From assembly GCA_040514265.1 (NCBI GenBank), contig JBEVCD010000017.1, positions 9,287-73,286 of the forward strand: a stretch of DNA of 64,000 nucleotides, given 5' to 3'. This stretch comes from Archaeoglobaceae archaeon. Lineage in GTDB: Archaea; Halobacteriota; Archaeoglobi; Archaeoglobales; Archaeoglobaceae. The notes below the pieces were generated by a model that saw only the letters and a program-made list of their open reading frames with translations, did not search any database and was not told the origin of the DNA. Of this stretch, positions 17,814 to 26,808 are shown in pieces. The position numbers and the translations under genes were made by a program. Each line of letters begins with the position of its first letter. The stretch's first letter is position 1.

Positions 17814-18249
17814 TCCACTTCCCCCACTCGCCCTTTTCGACGAATCCTTTTTTCTCGTAGAACTTTCTGGCTCTGTAGTTCGTCCTCCCTACCCAAAGCT
17901 CGGCGATCTTTCTTTCCTTCGACCTCGCGTATTCGAGGGCAGCTTCGAGCAGTCTGGAACCTATCCCTCTCCCCCTGAACTCCGGGAGGACGAAGAGCTC
18001 GTGTATCTCTCCGACTCTCTTCTTCTCGAACACGCTCAACCAGTTTGTGTCGCAGGCGACGAAGCCTACGGGCTTTCCGTCTACTTCGGCAACCATGAAC
18101 CCGTCCCTGTCCCTCGAATACAGCCAGCGGAAGTAGCTCCTTATGTCCCTTTTCGACGTGTAGGCGTACTCCTCCAACCCCCTGTAACTGTTAACGTAAA
18201 CCTCCACGAACGCTCCGAGGTCTTCCTTTTCAACCCTCCGGATTATCAC
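17791..18249 (-). CDS. GNAT-family N-acetyltransferase
   Basis: It has the acetyl-CoA binding motif LFVLPEFRGRGIGSRLLE. I start it at GTG 18249 (MIIRRVEKEDL), because the 66-aa upstream extension of the ORF is Ser-rich low complexity lying antisense to the neighbouring gene. Confidence 0.75.
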   Translation of the reverse strand: MIIRRVEKEDLGAFVEVYVNSYRGLEEYAYTSKRDIRSYFRWLYSRDRDGFMVAEVDGKPVGFVACDTNWLSVFEKKRVGEIHELFVLPEFRGRGIGSRLLEAALEYARSKERKIAELWVGRTNYRARKFYEKKGFVEKGEWGKWIRMVREL

Positions 18250-18250
18250 G

Positions 18251-19246
18251 GTGGGAAGAGTTAAATTTCGGACTTTTAAAGACTGCGTAGTGCTGCTGAA
18301 GGAGCTCGTGGAGATCGAGTCTCCCAGCGGGAGGGAGGAGAGGATAAAGAAGTTCGTGAGGGAGTACCTCGAAAGTAGGGGATACGACGTCGTTGAGGAG
18401 GAGCTTTTTCTGGCTACGAACCCCGGAAGCGACCTCATCGTAGCCACCCACCTCGATACCGTAGCTTCGAAGTCGGGCTTCAGCTTCGACGGAACTTACG
18501 CTTACGGAACCGGCGTCGCAGACGCCAAAGCCAGCGTAGCAGCGATGCTCGAAGCAGCCGACGCTGGTATTGATTACACCTTGGCTTTCTTCTGCGAGGA
18601 GGAGGAGAGCGGGAGAGGTTCGAAGAGCTTCGTCGAACTCTGGAAGTGGGGGAAGTACGCCATAGTTATGGAGCCGACGCAGCTGAAGGTAGCCAGCAAA
18701 CACTTCGGGAACGTCGAGGCTGAGATCGTCGTCAGAGGGGTTGCAGCCCACGGAGCGACGCCGGAGTTCGGAGTAAACGCGATAGAGAAAGCCATGGAAG
18801 TCTACAGAGCGCTCAAAAGAGAGCTAAACATCAGCGTGCTGAAGATGGAGGGAGGAGGAGACGAGTATATAGTTCCGGAGGTCTGCAGAATGAAGATCGA
18901 CGTCCTAGTCGAGCCGAGCGACCTCGAAAGAGTTCTCAGAGTCCTCGAAAGTGTCAACGCTGAAGTGAGGATACTCGAAAAGTCCGACGGCTTTTACAGC
19001 GGAAGGAGCGCGGAGCTGCTGGCTAAAGCTATGGAGATGTGCGGGCTCGAAGTTGAGTTCACCGTAATGCCCTCGTGGACCGATGCTATCAACCTCGCTG
19101 AGAGGTACGACGTCGTCGTGTGGGGACCGGGAGAGCTCCACCTCTGCCACACTTCAGCGGAGAGGATTAAGGTTGAGGAGATAGAGGTCGCCAAGAACGT
19201 CCTCGTAAAGCTCAACGATGTCGTTAAAGATGTCAGGGTAAATTAG
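18251..19246 (+). CDS. M20-family metallohydrolase (ArgE/DapE/LysK-like deacylase)
   Basis: It shows the pattern LLKELVEIESPSGREE, HLDTV and GTGVADAKASVAAML. The start is uncertain (GTG 18251 or GTG 18290). Confidence 0.8.
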   Translation: MGRVKFRTFKDCVVLLKELVEIESPSGREERIKKFVREYLESRGYDVVEEELFLATNPGSDLIVATHLDTVASKSGFSFDGTYAYGTGVADAKASVAAMLEAADAGIDYTLAFFCEEEESGRGSKSFVELWKWGKYAIVMEPTQLKVASKHFGNVEAEIVVRGVAAHGATPEFGVNAIEKAMEVYRALKRELNISVLKMEGGGDEYIVPEVCRMKIDVLVEPSDLERVLRVLESVNAEVRILEKSDGFYSGRSAELLAKAMEMCGLEVEFTVMPSWTDAINLAERYDVVVWGPGELHLCHTSAERIKVEEIEVAKNVLVKLNDVVKDVRVN

Positions 19247-19882
19247 GCAGAGGATGGCAACTATGAGCGGATGCTGGATCAGGTAGACTTTCAGGGAGTT
19301 TCTGCCCAGTAACGAGATCGGGTCTCTCAGCGACAGTCCGGTGGTTCTGTGGAAGTTACCCAGCGAGGCTCCGAGGAACATGAAGCCCACGTAGGGAAGA
19401 AGAGGGTAGTAGTCGAGCGTGGCAAAAGACCCCGGAGCGAGACCGAGCCAGAGGAGCGAGTAGGTATCGACGTCCCGCGGCAGAAAGGTCGAAGCTGCGA
19501 AGGCTGCGAAGGCTGCGGTAAGCGAGGCGAGAGGTTTTGAGGCGAGCGGATAAACTAGAAGCGTTGCAACTGCGAAGAAGTGTATTATGCCGAACCAGAC
19601 CATCATCTCATCGAAGAGAAGCCAAGTCGAGAAGCTGATAAACGCAGCGACGGCAGAAAGCTTTGCGACCTTCCTCAAGATTCTGCGAAAACTCTTTTTC
19701 GTTACCGCGAGCGTGTAGCCGGAGATGAAGATAAACATCGATCCTATGAAACGCGGAAAGAAATACCAGAACTCACCTTCGAGCGATAACTTGCCGAAAA
19801 ACTGGGCGTCGAAAAGAAAGTGGTAGAAGAGCATCAGGACTACCGCTACTCCCCTCGCGAAGTCTATCTCCCAGAGCCTCAT
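19154..19882 (-). CDS. DUF1624 (HGSNAT-like acyltransferase) membrane protein
   Basis: The N-terminus RLWEIDFARGVAVVLMLFYHF is characteristic of DUF1624. Its start at 19882 forms an ATGA overlap with the upstream stop codon. The C-terminal tail overlaps the convergent M20 gene by 93 nt. Confidence 0.6.
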   Translation of the reverse strand: MRLWEIDFARGVAVVLMLFYHFLFDAQFFGKLSLEGEFWYFFPRFIGSMFIFISGYTLAVTKKSFRRILRKVAKLSAVAAFISFSTWLLFDEMMVWFGIIHFFAVATLLVYPLASKPLASLTAAFAAFAASTFLPRDVDTYSLLWLGLAPGSFATLDYYPLLPYVGFMFLGASLGNFHRTTGLSLRDPISLLGRNSLKVYLIQHPLIVAILCLIYPDIFNDIVELYEDVLGDLYLLNLNPLR

Positions 19883-20658
19883 CTGAAGTAACGCAGATCC
19901 TCGTCGCTCCTCCACTGTTGCACAGCCATCTCCTGCATCTCCTTTATCTGCGCTATGATCTTCTCCATCTCCCTAGCTCTCTGTTCAAGAGCCTCTGTAG
20001 AAACCTCAATGTTCAGGATCTTCATCAGCACGTCCAGCACCGCTTTGGCACTCTTCGGATCGACCATGTAGCCGGATGTAACGCCCATGAGACACGCAGC
20101 CTCTATACCTTCGAGGGCTGAGACGCCCAGGAGTAGTCCGGAGGCTCCGATTATCCCGCCTCCAGGTTCTCCGGGCTCGAACTTTACGCCGTACTTCTTC
20201 AGCTCCTCGACGAGTTCGGGCTTGTTTACGGCTCCGATGACGTAGGGCTCCTCTACCAGACGTCCTATCCCGAAGCCGCCGAGGGTGTATATCCTTCTCA
20301 CACCGAAGCGCTTCGCTATTTCTATATACGCGTTCACGAGCTCGAAGTGCCCTTCGTTGCTTATGCTCTGAAAATCTCCGACGAGTATCAGCAGATCCGG
20401 AGCGTTACCGTTGGACTTCCAAGCGTAGACTTCGTTTATAGGCATTCTGACCGTGCCGTCTTCCAGAACTATAACCTGTGGCGGGAAGTAGTGTGAGTAT
20501 ATCCTTACGACGAGTTCCGCCTTGAGCTCGTTGACGAGGTGATCGGCTACGAGCTTCCCGACGTGCCCTATGCCCGGCAGCCCCTCTATGAGAACCGGAT
20601 CCTTCAGCCCCACCTCTTCGGGTGTCCTGAGGTACCTCACATCAACTTTTTTCAGCAT
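19879..20658 (-). CDS. proteasome assembly chaperone (PAC2/PbaA-B family, COG1938)
   Basis: LIEGLPGIGHVGKLVADHL is the family signature. It has a coiled-coil C-terminal tail ending in aromatic residues (RYFR). Confidence 0.75.
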   Translation of the reverse strand: MLKKVDVRYLRTPEEVGLKDPVLIEGLPGIGHVGKLVADHLVNELKAELVVRIYSHYFPPQVIVLEDGTVRMPINEVYAWKSNGNAPDLLILVGDFQSISNEGHFELVNAYIEIAKRFGVRRIYTLGGFGIGRLVEEPYVIGAVNKPELVEELKKYGVKFEPGEPGGGIIGASGLLLGVSALEGIEAACLMGVTSGYMVDPKSAKAVLDVLMKILNIEVSTEALEQRAREMEKIIAQIKEMQEMAVQQWRSDEDLRYFR

Positions 20659-20842
20659 TACCCCACCTCCTCAACGCGAAAAACCCTATTTCCTTTCTCA
20701 ACTTCCTCCTGTACTTACCGTACGGGTCCTCGGGTGAGAACCTCGGGGGGATAGGCATGAAGGTCTTTCCCCCGCATACGGGACACACGTCCTTCAGCGT
20801 GTACCTCCCGCAGTTTCCGCACTTCCTCATTTCCACCCTCAT
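20642..20842 (-). CDS. nop10: H/ACA RNP protein Nop10
   Basis: MRKCGNCGRYTLKDVCPVCGGKTFMPIPPRFSPEDPYGKYRR is the canonical Nop10 zinc ribbon. The start is either 20842 (ATGA overlap with aIF2-alpha) or 20830. Confidence 0.9.
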   Translation of the reverse strand: MRVEMRKCGNCGRYTLKDVCPVCGGKTFMPIPPRFSPEDPYGKYRRKLRKEIGFFALRRWGNAEKS

Positions 20843-21639
20843 ACAGCTTCCCTCACGAAACGGCACTCGCAACCGAGCTTCTTAGCCTCCTTCAGCGCAA
20901 CCTTAGTTGCCCGCTCCAGAGCCTTCTCCGCGGTTTTGTAGTTCTCCGCCGTTATCACTATCCTGTACTTCGGTGCCCCCACGTATTCGAGCTTGCCCTC
21001 GACGTCCTTAAGCTCTTCGGATACAGAACTCATCACCTTCTTTATCCTCTCCACACCATCCGAACCGGGGCACTTGAGCTCGAAGTAGCCTCTGACCTTA
21101 ACCTTCGGCGGTTTTATGTTTTCCCTGGCTATCTCAGCCATCTCCTTAGCGAACTCCTCGCCGACTATGGGAGCCAGGACTTCGTAACCCTCGAACGCAG
21201 CTTCCTCGAAGGCTGAATAAACGGAGTCGAACTCCTTGAGTAGCTTCTTCCCGATCTTCTCAAGTCTGTCCCTGTCGATGTTCAGCTTCTCGCCTATGAG
21301 TTCTAGCCACTTGAAAGCCTTCAGCTCGTTCTTCCACTGGGTGAGTTTCTCCTTCCTCTGCCTCTCAGTGACGTCCTTTATGGAGAGGTCGATGTGCCCC
21401 CTTTTCGGGTTTACATCGAGCACCTTGCATATCACCTTCTGCCCTCTCTTAACATGATCCCTGATGTCCTTGACCCACCCAGATGCGACCTCGCTTATGT
21501 GCACCATCCCCTCCTTGTTCTCGTATTCGTCGAGCGTGACGAACGCTCCGAAGTCGAGAACCTTCTTTACGGTTCCTATCACAATTTCCCCCTTCGAAGG
21601 GTAGCCACTTCTTCGAATTATAAGGCGATCTTCCTTCAT
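20839..21639 (-). CDS. eif2a: translation initiation factor aIF2 alpha subunit
   Basis: It has an S1 domain (GEIVIGTVKKVLDFGAFVTLDEYENKEGMVHISEV) followed by helical and alpha-beta domains, at 266 aa. Confidence 0.95.
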   Translation of the reverse strand: MKEDRLIIRRSGYPSKGEIVIGTVKKVLDFGAFVTLDEYENKEGMVHISEVASGWVKDIRDHVKRGQKVICKVLDVNPKRGHIDLSIKDVTERQRKEKLTQWKNELKAFKWLELIGEKLNIDRDRLEKIGKKLLKEFDSVYSAFEEAAFEGYEVLAPIVGEEFAKEMAEIARENIKPPKVKVRGYFELKCPGSDGVERIKKVMSSVSEELKDVEGKLEYVGAPKYRIVITAENYKTAEKALERATKVALKEAKKLGCECRFVREAV

Positions 21640-21672
21640 CCCGAGCCGCTCGTCGGCGTAGAATTTAAAAGT

Positions 21673-22359
21673 TTACCAAACCTCAGCCGTGAAAACCGGT
21701 CCATCTCTGCAGACTAGCAGACCACACTCCAAGCTGCACGATCCGCAGACTCCGAAACCGCAGCGCATGTATCTCTCCATCGACACCTCGAACCTCTCTG
21801 GAGGGAGATGATCCTTGAAGAGTTCCCAGACTTTTCTCATCATCTCCTCCTTGCCGCAGCAGTAAACGCGGTCGAAAGTCTCGAGTTCGAGTGTTTCGAT
21901 CGCGTCTACAACAGTCCCCTTAATACCCAGACTTCCGTCCTCGGTGGCGTATACGCAGTCCTCGAACTCGAAGAGTATTTCGGCGGCGCTTTTGCATCCG
22001 TAGACTACCGTCACGTCGTTTTCCTTCCTCAGGACTTCGTGGAGGAACTTGAGCGGTGCCACACCTATGCCGCCGGCTACTATCAGCACACTCTCGCCGC
22101 TCACCGGCGTGAAGGGTTTGCCGAACGGACCTCGAATCCCCAGAATCTTTTCCGGATAGTTAACGAGTTTTCTCGTCGTCTCTCCAACAGCTTTAACGGC
22201 TAGAGTGTCGGAGCCGCAAAGGCTCAGGGGGATCTCCTCGCAGCCGTAGACGTTCACCATGACGAACTGTCCGGGATAGGCTCTCAGAGGAGGGTCGAAG
22301 CGTATTATTGCGGCGTCTCCTTTTTTTTCGATCTTCTTTACTCTAACGTTGAACATCAC
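21673..22359 (-). CDS. pyrK: PyrK-family FAD/[2Fe-2S] electron-transfer subunit (dihydroorotate dehydrogenase B type)
   Basis: It has an FNR-like fold (GQFVMV, GGIGVAPL) and the C-terminal cluster CGFGVCGSCS..C. No pyrD is adjacent. Confidence 0.7.
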   Translation of the reverse strand: MMFNVRVKKIEKKGDAAIIRFDPPLRAYPGQFVMVNVYGCEEIPLSLCGSDTLAVKAVGETTRKLVNYPEKILGIRGPFGKPFTPVSGESVLIVAGGIGVAPLKFLHEVLRKENDVTVVYGCKSAAEILFEFEDCVYATEDGSLGIKGTVVDAIETLELETFDRVYCCGKEEMMRKVWELFKDHLPPERFEVSMERYMRCGFGVCGSCSLECGLLVCRDGPVFTAEVW

Positions 22360-22480
22360 GAAGTATCGTTGAGAGTCTACAAAAATCTTCTGTTAATGAT
22401 TGTAGTTGTTACTTTAATTACAATTGTTGTTATGATAATTTGAGAAAAATTTATAACTAATATCGTTCACAGATATTGAG

Positions 22481-23416
22481 GTGAGCGGGCATGGAGAAGA
22501 AGGAGAGAAGGGAGATAGAGGAGGCTTTCAAGAAGGTGAGGATCTTCGTGAGCTAATAAAATTTTTAAAATTCTGGATCGAGCCTCCGACGATACTTTTT
22601 CCCATACCCCTAATACCCCTTTACGTCGTGGCAGCTACCGGAAATACGATAGCCTCGATTCCCGCTATCTTGTACGCGTTCCTCATATCATCGGCTTCCA
22701 ACCTCTGGAACCACACTAACGACGCCGAAGAAGACCTGACTTTCGGCTCCAGAGATTCCAGAATTCTGCTGAAATTCACGAAAATCTGCGTGGTGACATC
22801 CATCGCTTTGTATACGCTGTCCTACGTTACTGTTCTGCTCTTCTCGGTTGACCGGGCAGCCCACATCTTCGCACTCGCACCTGTAGCGCTCACATGGCTC
22901 TACTCGGACAGGATGTACCTCTACAGACTCTTCCGGTTCAGGCTTAAGGAACACTACGTCACGGAGCTGCTAACTTACGTTCTGACGTCTATCTCCGCCT
23001 TGGCGGTTCTCTGGAGCTTCTGTACGGAACTCTCTCCGTCCCTGATAGTACTGTCATTGCCGGTTATACTCCTCTACCTCTCACTCGCTGTCCTGAAGGA
23101 CTTGAAAGATGTAACCCAAGATGAGAAGATGGGTTACAGAACCCTGGCAATAGCGCTAGGTCCGGAGAACGTTCTGAAGGTCTCAGCGTCTCTTGCTGCG
23201 CTTTACTACTCGTCCCTCATCGCGGCGTACCACTTCGGTAAGCTGCCCCCCTTCGGCTTACTCGCACTCCCGGCTTACGCCCTCTTTTTGGCGAGGATGA
23301 CGAAGAAGAACTGGAAAGTCTCGGTAGAGGACGTCCCGCTGATGAAACTCTACGTGTACCAGCTTCTGACTTCTTTCGCTTTGACTACAGCTTCAGCGCC
23401 GCTGCGTTTCTCGTGA
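22481..23416 (+). CDS. UbiA-superfamily prenyltransferase (divergent first Asp motif)
   Basis: It is a polytopic membrane protein. The first motif is WNHTNDAEED and the second is KDLKDVTQDEKMGYRTL. GTG 22481 is the only in-frame start, and the N-terminal 25 aa are Gly/Glu-rich. Confidence 0.65.
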   Translation: MSGHGEEGEKGDRGGFQEGEDLRELIKFLKFWIEPPTILFPIPLIPLYVVAATGNTIASIPAILYAFLISSASNLWNHTNDAEEDLTFGSRDSRILLKFTKICVVTSIALYTLSYVTVLLFSVDRAAHIFALAPVALTWLYSDRMYLYRLFRFRLKEHYVTELLTYVLTSISALAVLWSFCTELSPSLIVLSLPVILLYLSLAVLKDLKDVTQDEKMGYRTLAIALGPENVLKVSASLAALYYSSLIAAYHFGKLPPFGLLALPAYALFLARMTKKNWKVSVEDVPLMKLYVYQLLTSFALTTASAPLRFS

Positions 23417-24620
23417 GGTTCGAGAAGATTCCCCTCTCTATCTCTGTGAAGTATCTCCTGGTGGTGCTGAAGGTTAGGGACACGCAGTCGAAAACGGCGA
23501 AGGAATCCTCTAAACAGTCTGCGATCGATGCAACGGCGGACTCGTAGATGAGTAGGAAGTTTACGTCTATGAAGAAAACTTCCGACTCCGAGTTCAGTAG
23601 GAAGTCGCAGAGTGTGGACAGCAGGTATTTAGTCGTCTCGCTGTAAGCTAAAAACATTCTATTGTAAAAACTGTCCAAGTTGTATAGGGAGGGGTAAAAG
23701 TTCGTGTTCGTGTCCATCAAACCCAGACCGCAGCAACCGTTCGTCTCCCTGCTGAACATCCAGAGAGCTTGCGGTGACGCGCCCAGAAACTCCCCACTTT
23801 CAGCCAGTCTCAGGAAGTTCTGACGGTAGCCAAGCCAATATCTCGCGGGTTTGCCGCTGATCGATCCTATCGCCACCCCCTCGAACTCGACCTCGACCTC
23901 TTTCAACAACCCAACTTCGCTGCGGAGGATTTCGATGTTCTCATCCAGACTTCTGCCCCTCTCCGGGAACGTATCCTCGTACTTCACACTCTTAAAACGG
24001 CGGAAACCGATTCTGAGAAGTCCTCTGCCGATCTCCCTTCCGTTGAGCGCTATCTTCGGCGAGTTGAACGCCACTTCGAGCGGGAAGAGGTTGAGGGCTA
24101 CAGCGACCTCGCCTCTATCGCGGAACACTCGCAGGACGTCGTTTATCGGGTAAACGTGCTTCTCCAGCAGGTATCTGGACATACTCCTGAGGGCGAGCTT
24201 GTTGCCCCTGACATAGCTGGAGTAAGATCTCCTGTCTCTGATCATGGCAGTCAGAGTTTCGATCCTGCTGCCGATGTAGAGAGCTGGAAAAACTATTAGG
24301 CTGAATTTTCTGGACTTGGAATCTCTTATAGCCCTCAAAACTTTTTCAGCGCCACCTGAATACTTCTCGACCTCGACCTCCTCGTCGATCAGCCAAAGCA
24401 GTCCGCCCCTAGTCCAGACACCTTTCCGTGTTGCAAACCCCTCCACCGGCACGCATACCGTGTCGCAGTTCAGGAGTTTCGAGAAGTCTCTGTGGTGTTT
24501 CATGAGTCCTGAGGTGAGGAAGAAAACGCCCAGATTGTAATCTCGTCTTTCGATCTTTCCTTTCAGATCTTCGATGGCAGCCTTCCTGTCCGGCAAAGCC
24601 GTGTAGACGTACTCAGCCAT
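23385..24620 (-). CDS. hypothetical protein, 411 aa (possibly FIST-like sensor fold)
   Basis: Long ORF with coding composition and an 8-nt overlap onto the upstream Roadblock gene. The N-terminal region is loosely FIST-like, which I have not verified. Confidence 0.6.
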   Translation of the reverse strand: MAEYVYTALPDRKAAIEDLKGKIERRDYNLGVFFLTSGLMKHHRDFSKLLNCDTVCVPVEGFATRKGVWTRGGLLWLIDEEVEVEKYSGGAEKVLRAIRDSKSRKFSLIVFPALYIGSRIETLTAMIRDRRSYSSYVRGNKLALRSMSRYLLEKHVYPINDVLRVFRDRGEVAVALNLFPLEVAFNSPKIALNGREIGRGLLRIGFRRFKSVKYEDTFPERGRSLDENIEILRSEVGLLKEVEVEFEGVAIGSISGKPARYWLGYRQNFLRLAESGEFLGASPQALWMFSRETNGCCGLGLMDTNTNFYPSLYNLDSFYNRMFLAYSETTKYLLSTLCDFLLNSESEVFFIDVNFLLIYESAVASIADCLEDSFAVFDCVSLTFSTTRRYFTEIERGIFSNLTRNAAALKL

Positions 24621-24957
24621 GCTCCCCGAATCTTCGTCTCACGGTTGAAATGTCTATTCTCAGCTTGTAGAGCGACGCGGTTTCGCTGGCTAGAACTGCA
24701 AGGACCAGCGACCTCGAGAGGGGTTGCAGGAACAACCGGTAGTTCGAGATCTTCACTTCAAGGTCTTCGAAAGTGCTGGACTCTATGTAGTTGAGTAGCA
24801 GCTTTACCTGCTCTTCGAGCCAGTCGAGTATGTTTAGGACACCTCTCCTCTTTATGCCCGCAAATATCGCGACACCGTCAACTCTGTAGATCCCGACGAA
24901 AGCTACTCCGTCGTCGAGGAGGAGAGGTGAGAGGATTTCGCGAAAGGTTTCCCTCAT
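24613..24957 (-). CDS. Roadblock/LC7 (MglB-like) domain protein
   Basis: 114 aa with an alpha-beta-alpha pattern (GVAFVGIYRVDGVAIFAG...LVLAVLASETASL) typical of Roadblock/LC7. Confidence 0.6.
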   Translation of the reverse strand: MRETFREILSPLLLDDGVAFVGIYRVDGVAIFAGIKRRGVLNILDWLEEQVKLLLNYIESSTFEDLEVKISNYRLFLQPLSRSLVLAVLASETASLYKLRIDISTVRRRFGEHG

Positions 24958-25742
24958 ACGAGTCTCTTCCTGATCTTCTCAAGTTCTTCTCTCTTCAGCA
25001 TGCCCTCGCGGCAGAGCTTCTTCAGCTTCTCCTTGCACCTTTCCGGAATCGGAAGGTCGTCAACTTCGGCATCGAAACCCTCGGTTCGCTTTTCTTCGAC
25101 GACTATTCCGGCACCCTCGATTATCGAGAACGGAAAGACTCCGTCGAAGTGCGGAGACATGCGGTGCTTTAATATGCGCAGAGTTCTGCTGTAAACTTCT
25201 CCGTAACCGACGTTTTTGAGGTAGATGACGGAATCCGCAAGGAAGAGAGGGATGTTGACGTTCCCGTCGGCAACTCCGACGAGCGGTTCCTCGATTGTTA
25301 CAACAGCTGTTCCGCACTCTCTGAGATTTTTAAAGAACCAGTTTACCTCGTTTCTCACTCTCGAACTCTCCACGTTCGCAACGAGAGGTGTGAAGGAGTC
25401 TACAACTATCCTGATATCCCTGCCGCTTACGAACTTCACGAGATCGCTTCCGACGAACGAGTCCTCAACGTAGAACTTGCCGACCCTCAGCAATCCGTTC
25501 TCGATATACTTTTCGAGGTCCCACCCCAGCGATTTTGCTATTCTCACCAGTTCGTCCTTCTCCAAGTCGAAGGAGGCGTAAACACCATGCTGCCCACTTT
25601 CAAGACCTTCCAGCAGGAACTGTATCGAGAAAATTGTCTTTCCGCAACCCACGGTTCCGAACACGGCGTTTACGGTATTTTTTACAAAGCCGCCGAAGAG
25701 TAATTCGTCGAAACCGAATATCCCGGTCGGAATTCTTTCCAT
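24954..25742 (-). CDS. KaiC-like RecA-superfamily ATPase
   Basis: It has IPTGIFGFDELLFGGF, an intact Walker A GTVGCGKT and Walker B RIVVDSF, plus a charged C-terminal extension. Confidence 0.8.
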   Translation of the reverse strand: MERIPTGIFGFDELLFGGFVKNTVNAVFGTVGCGKTIFSIQFLLEGLESGQHGVYASFDLEKDELVRIAKSLGWDLEKYIENGLLRVGKFYVEDSFVGSDLVKFVSGRDIRIVVDSFTPLVANVESSRVRNEVNWFFKNLRECGTAVVTIEEPLVGVADGNVNIPLFLADSVIYLKNVGYGEVYSRTLRILKHRMSPHFDGVFPFSIIEGAGIVVEEKRTEGFDAEVDDLPIPERCKEKLKKLCREGMLKREELEKIRKRLV

Positions 25743-25834
25743 GCTCTCAGTCTCATCTAATTATTATAAAACATTGTTGGTTCTCAAGCATTCGGTTTTG
25801 ATCAAAAATTTAAATTGTTGGGATAACACCCGGC

Positions 25835-26788
25835 ATGCGTATAGCCGTAGTCGGCGGCAGTATAGCCGGGCTGGAGTGCGGGATAAACTTAGCCGACGAG
25901 CACGAAGTCACGATATTCGAAGAGCACGACGAGATAGGTTACCCTCTGCAGTGCGGGGAGGGCTGGATGAGTGTCATCGAGCCATACGGATTCGTAACGA
26001 ACGAAATCGACACGCTTCTGCTGAGAAAGCTCGACGTCCGCCACATGGAGGTCAAGGACGTTGTGCGCTACGACGTCAGGGGTTCGATGCTCGTTATCGA
26101 TAGACCGAAGATGGAGAAGTTGATGGCGAGGGAAGCTATCAAAAGGGGCTGCGAGATAGTCGTCGGGAGGAAGGTGAGGATCGGGGAACTCGTCAAAGAA
26201 TACGACATCGTTATCGACGCTTCCGGTCACCCGTCGCAGTACGACAGAGAATTCGGGAAAAAGCCCAGAGGTGCCGTGGGTTTGCAGGCGAGGTGCAAAC
26301 TCGACTGCGAGGAGGCGATAATGGACGTCTGCAGCGCGATCGACGGCTATTTCTGGGTATTTCCTAAGGGAGACGGGACGGCTAACGTCGGCGTAGGGTA
26401 CTGGAAGAAGAAAGCCGGTTGGTTCAGGCTCAGGGAGCAGCTCGACAGGTACATCGAATTCTTGGGTGGTGAAGCTCTCTGGTACACCGGCGGAACGATA
26501 GGGATGGGGTTGAACCGCCCCTTCGTCAGATTCGTCGGCGAAACACCGGTAGCCATGGTCGGCGATTCGGCTGGGATGGCTGACCCCTACTACGGGGAGG
26601 GTATGACAAAAGCCGTGGCGGCGGCGAGGATCCTGGCTGAGTGCGTGGAGAATTTGGAGGACTACGAACCTAGATTCATGCGGGCGCTCGGCAGAATTTA
26701 CAGGGAGTCCATGTTTGCATACACGCTCCGACGGGCTTCTCTGCTGTTCCCCGTCGTCAAACTTTTCCGCCTTCGAAGCCGATTTTAA
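25835..26788 (+). CDS. FAD-dependent oxidoreductase, geranylgeranyl reductase family (short form)
   Basis: It has an N-terminal Rossmann motif (RIAVVGGSIAGLECG) and a GD motif (VGDSAGMADPYYGEG). Confidence 0.65.
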   Translation: MRIAVVGGSIAGLECGINLADEHEVTIFEEHDEIGYPLQCGEGWMSVIEPYGFVTNEIDTLLLRKLDVRHMEVKDVVRYDVRGSMLVIDRPKMEKLMAREAIKRGCEIVVGRKVRIGELVKEYDIVIDASGHPSQYDREFGKKPRGAVGLQARCKLDCEEAIMDVCSAIDGYFWVFPKGDGTANVGVGYWKKKAGWFRLREQLDRYIEFLGGEALWYTGGTIGMGLNRPFVRFVGETPVAMVGDSAGMADPYYGEGMTKAVAAARILAECVENLEDYEPRFMRALGRIYRESMFAYTLRRASLLFPVVKLFRLRSRF

Positions 26789-26808
26789 GCTTGCAAGAGA
26801 CAAGCGCT

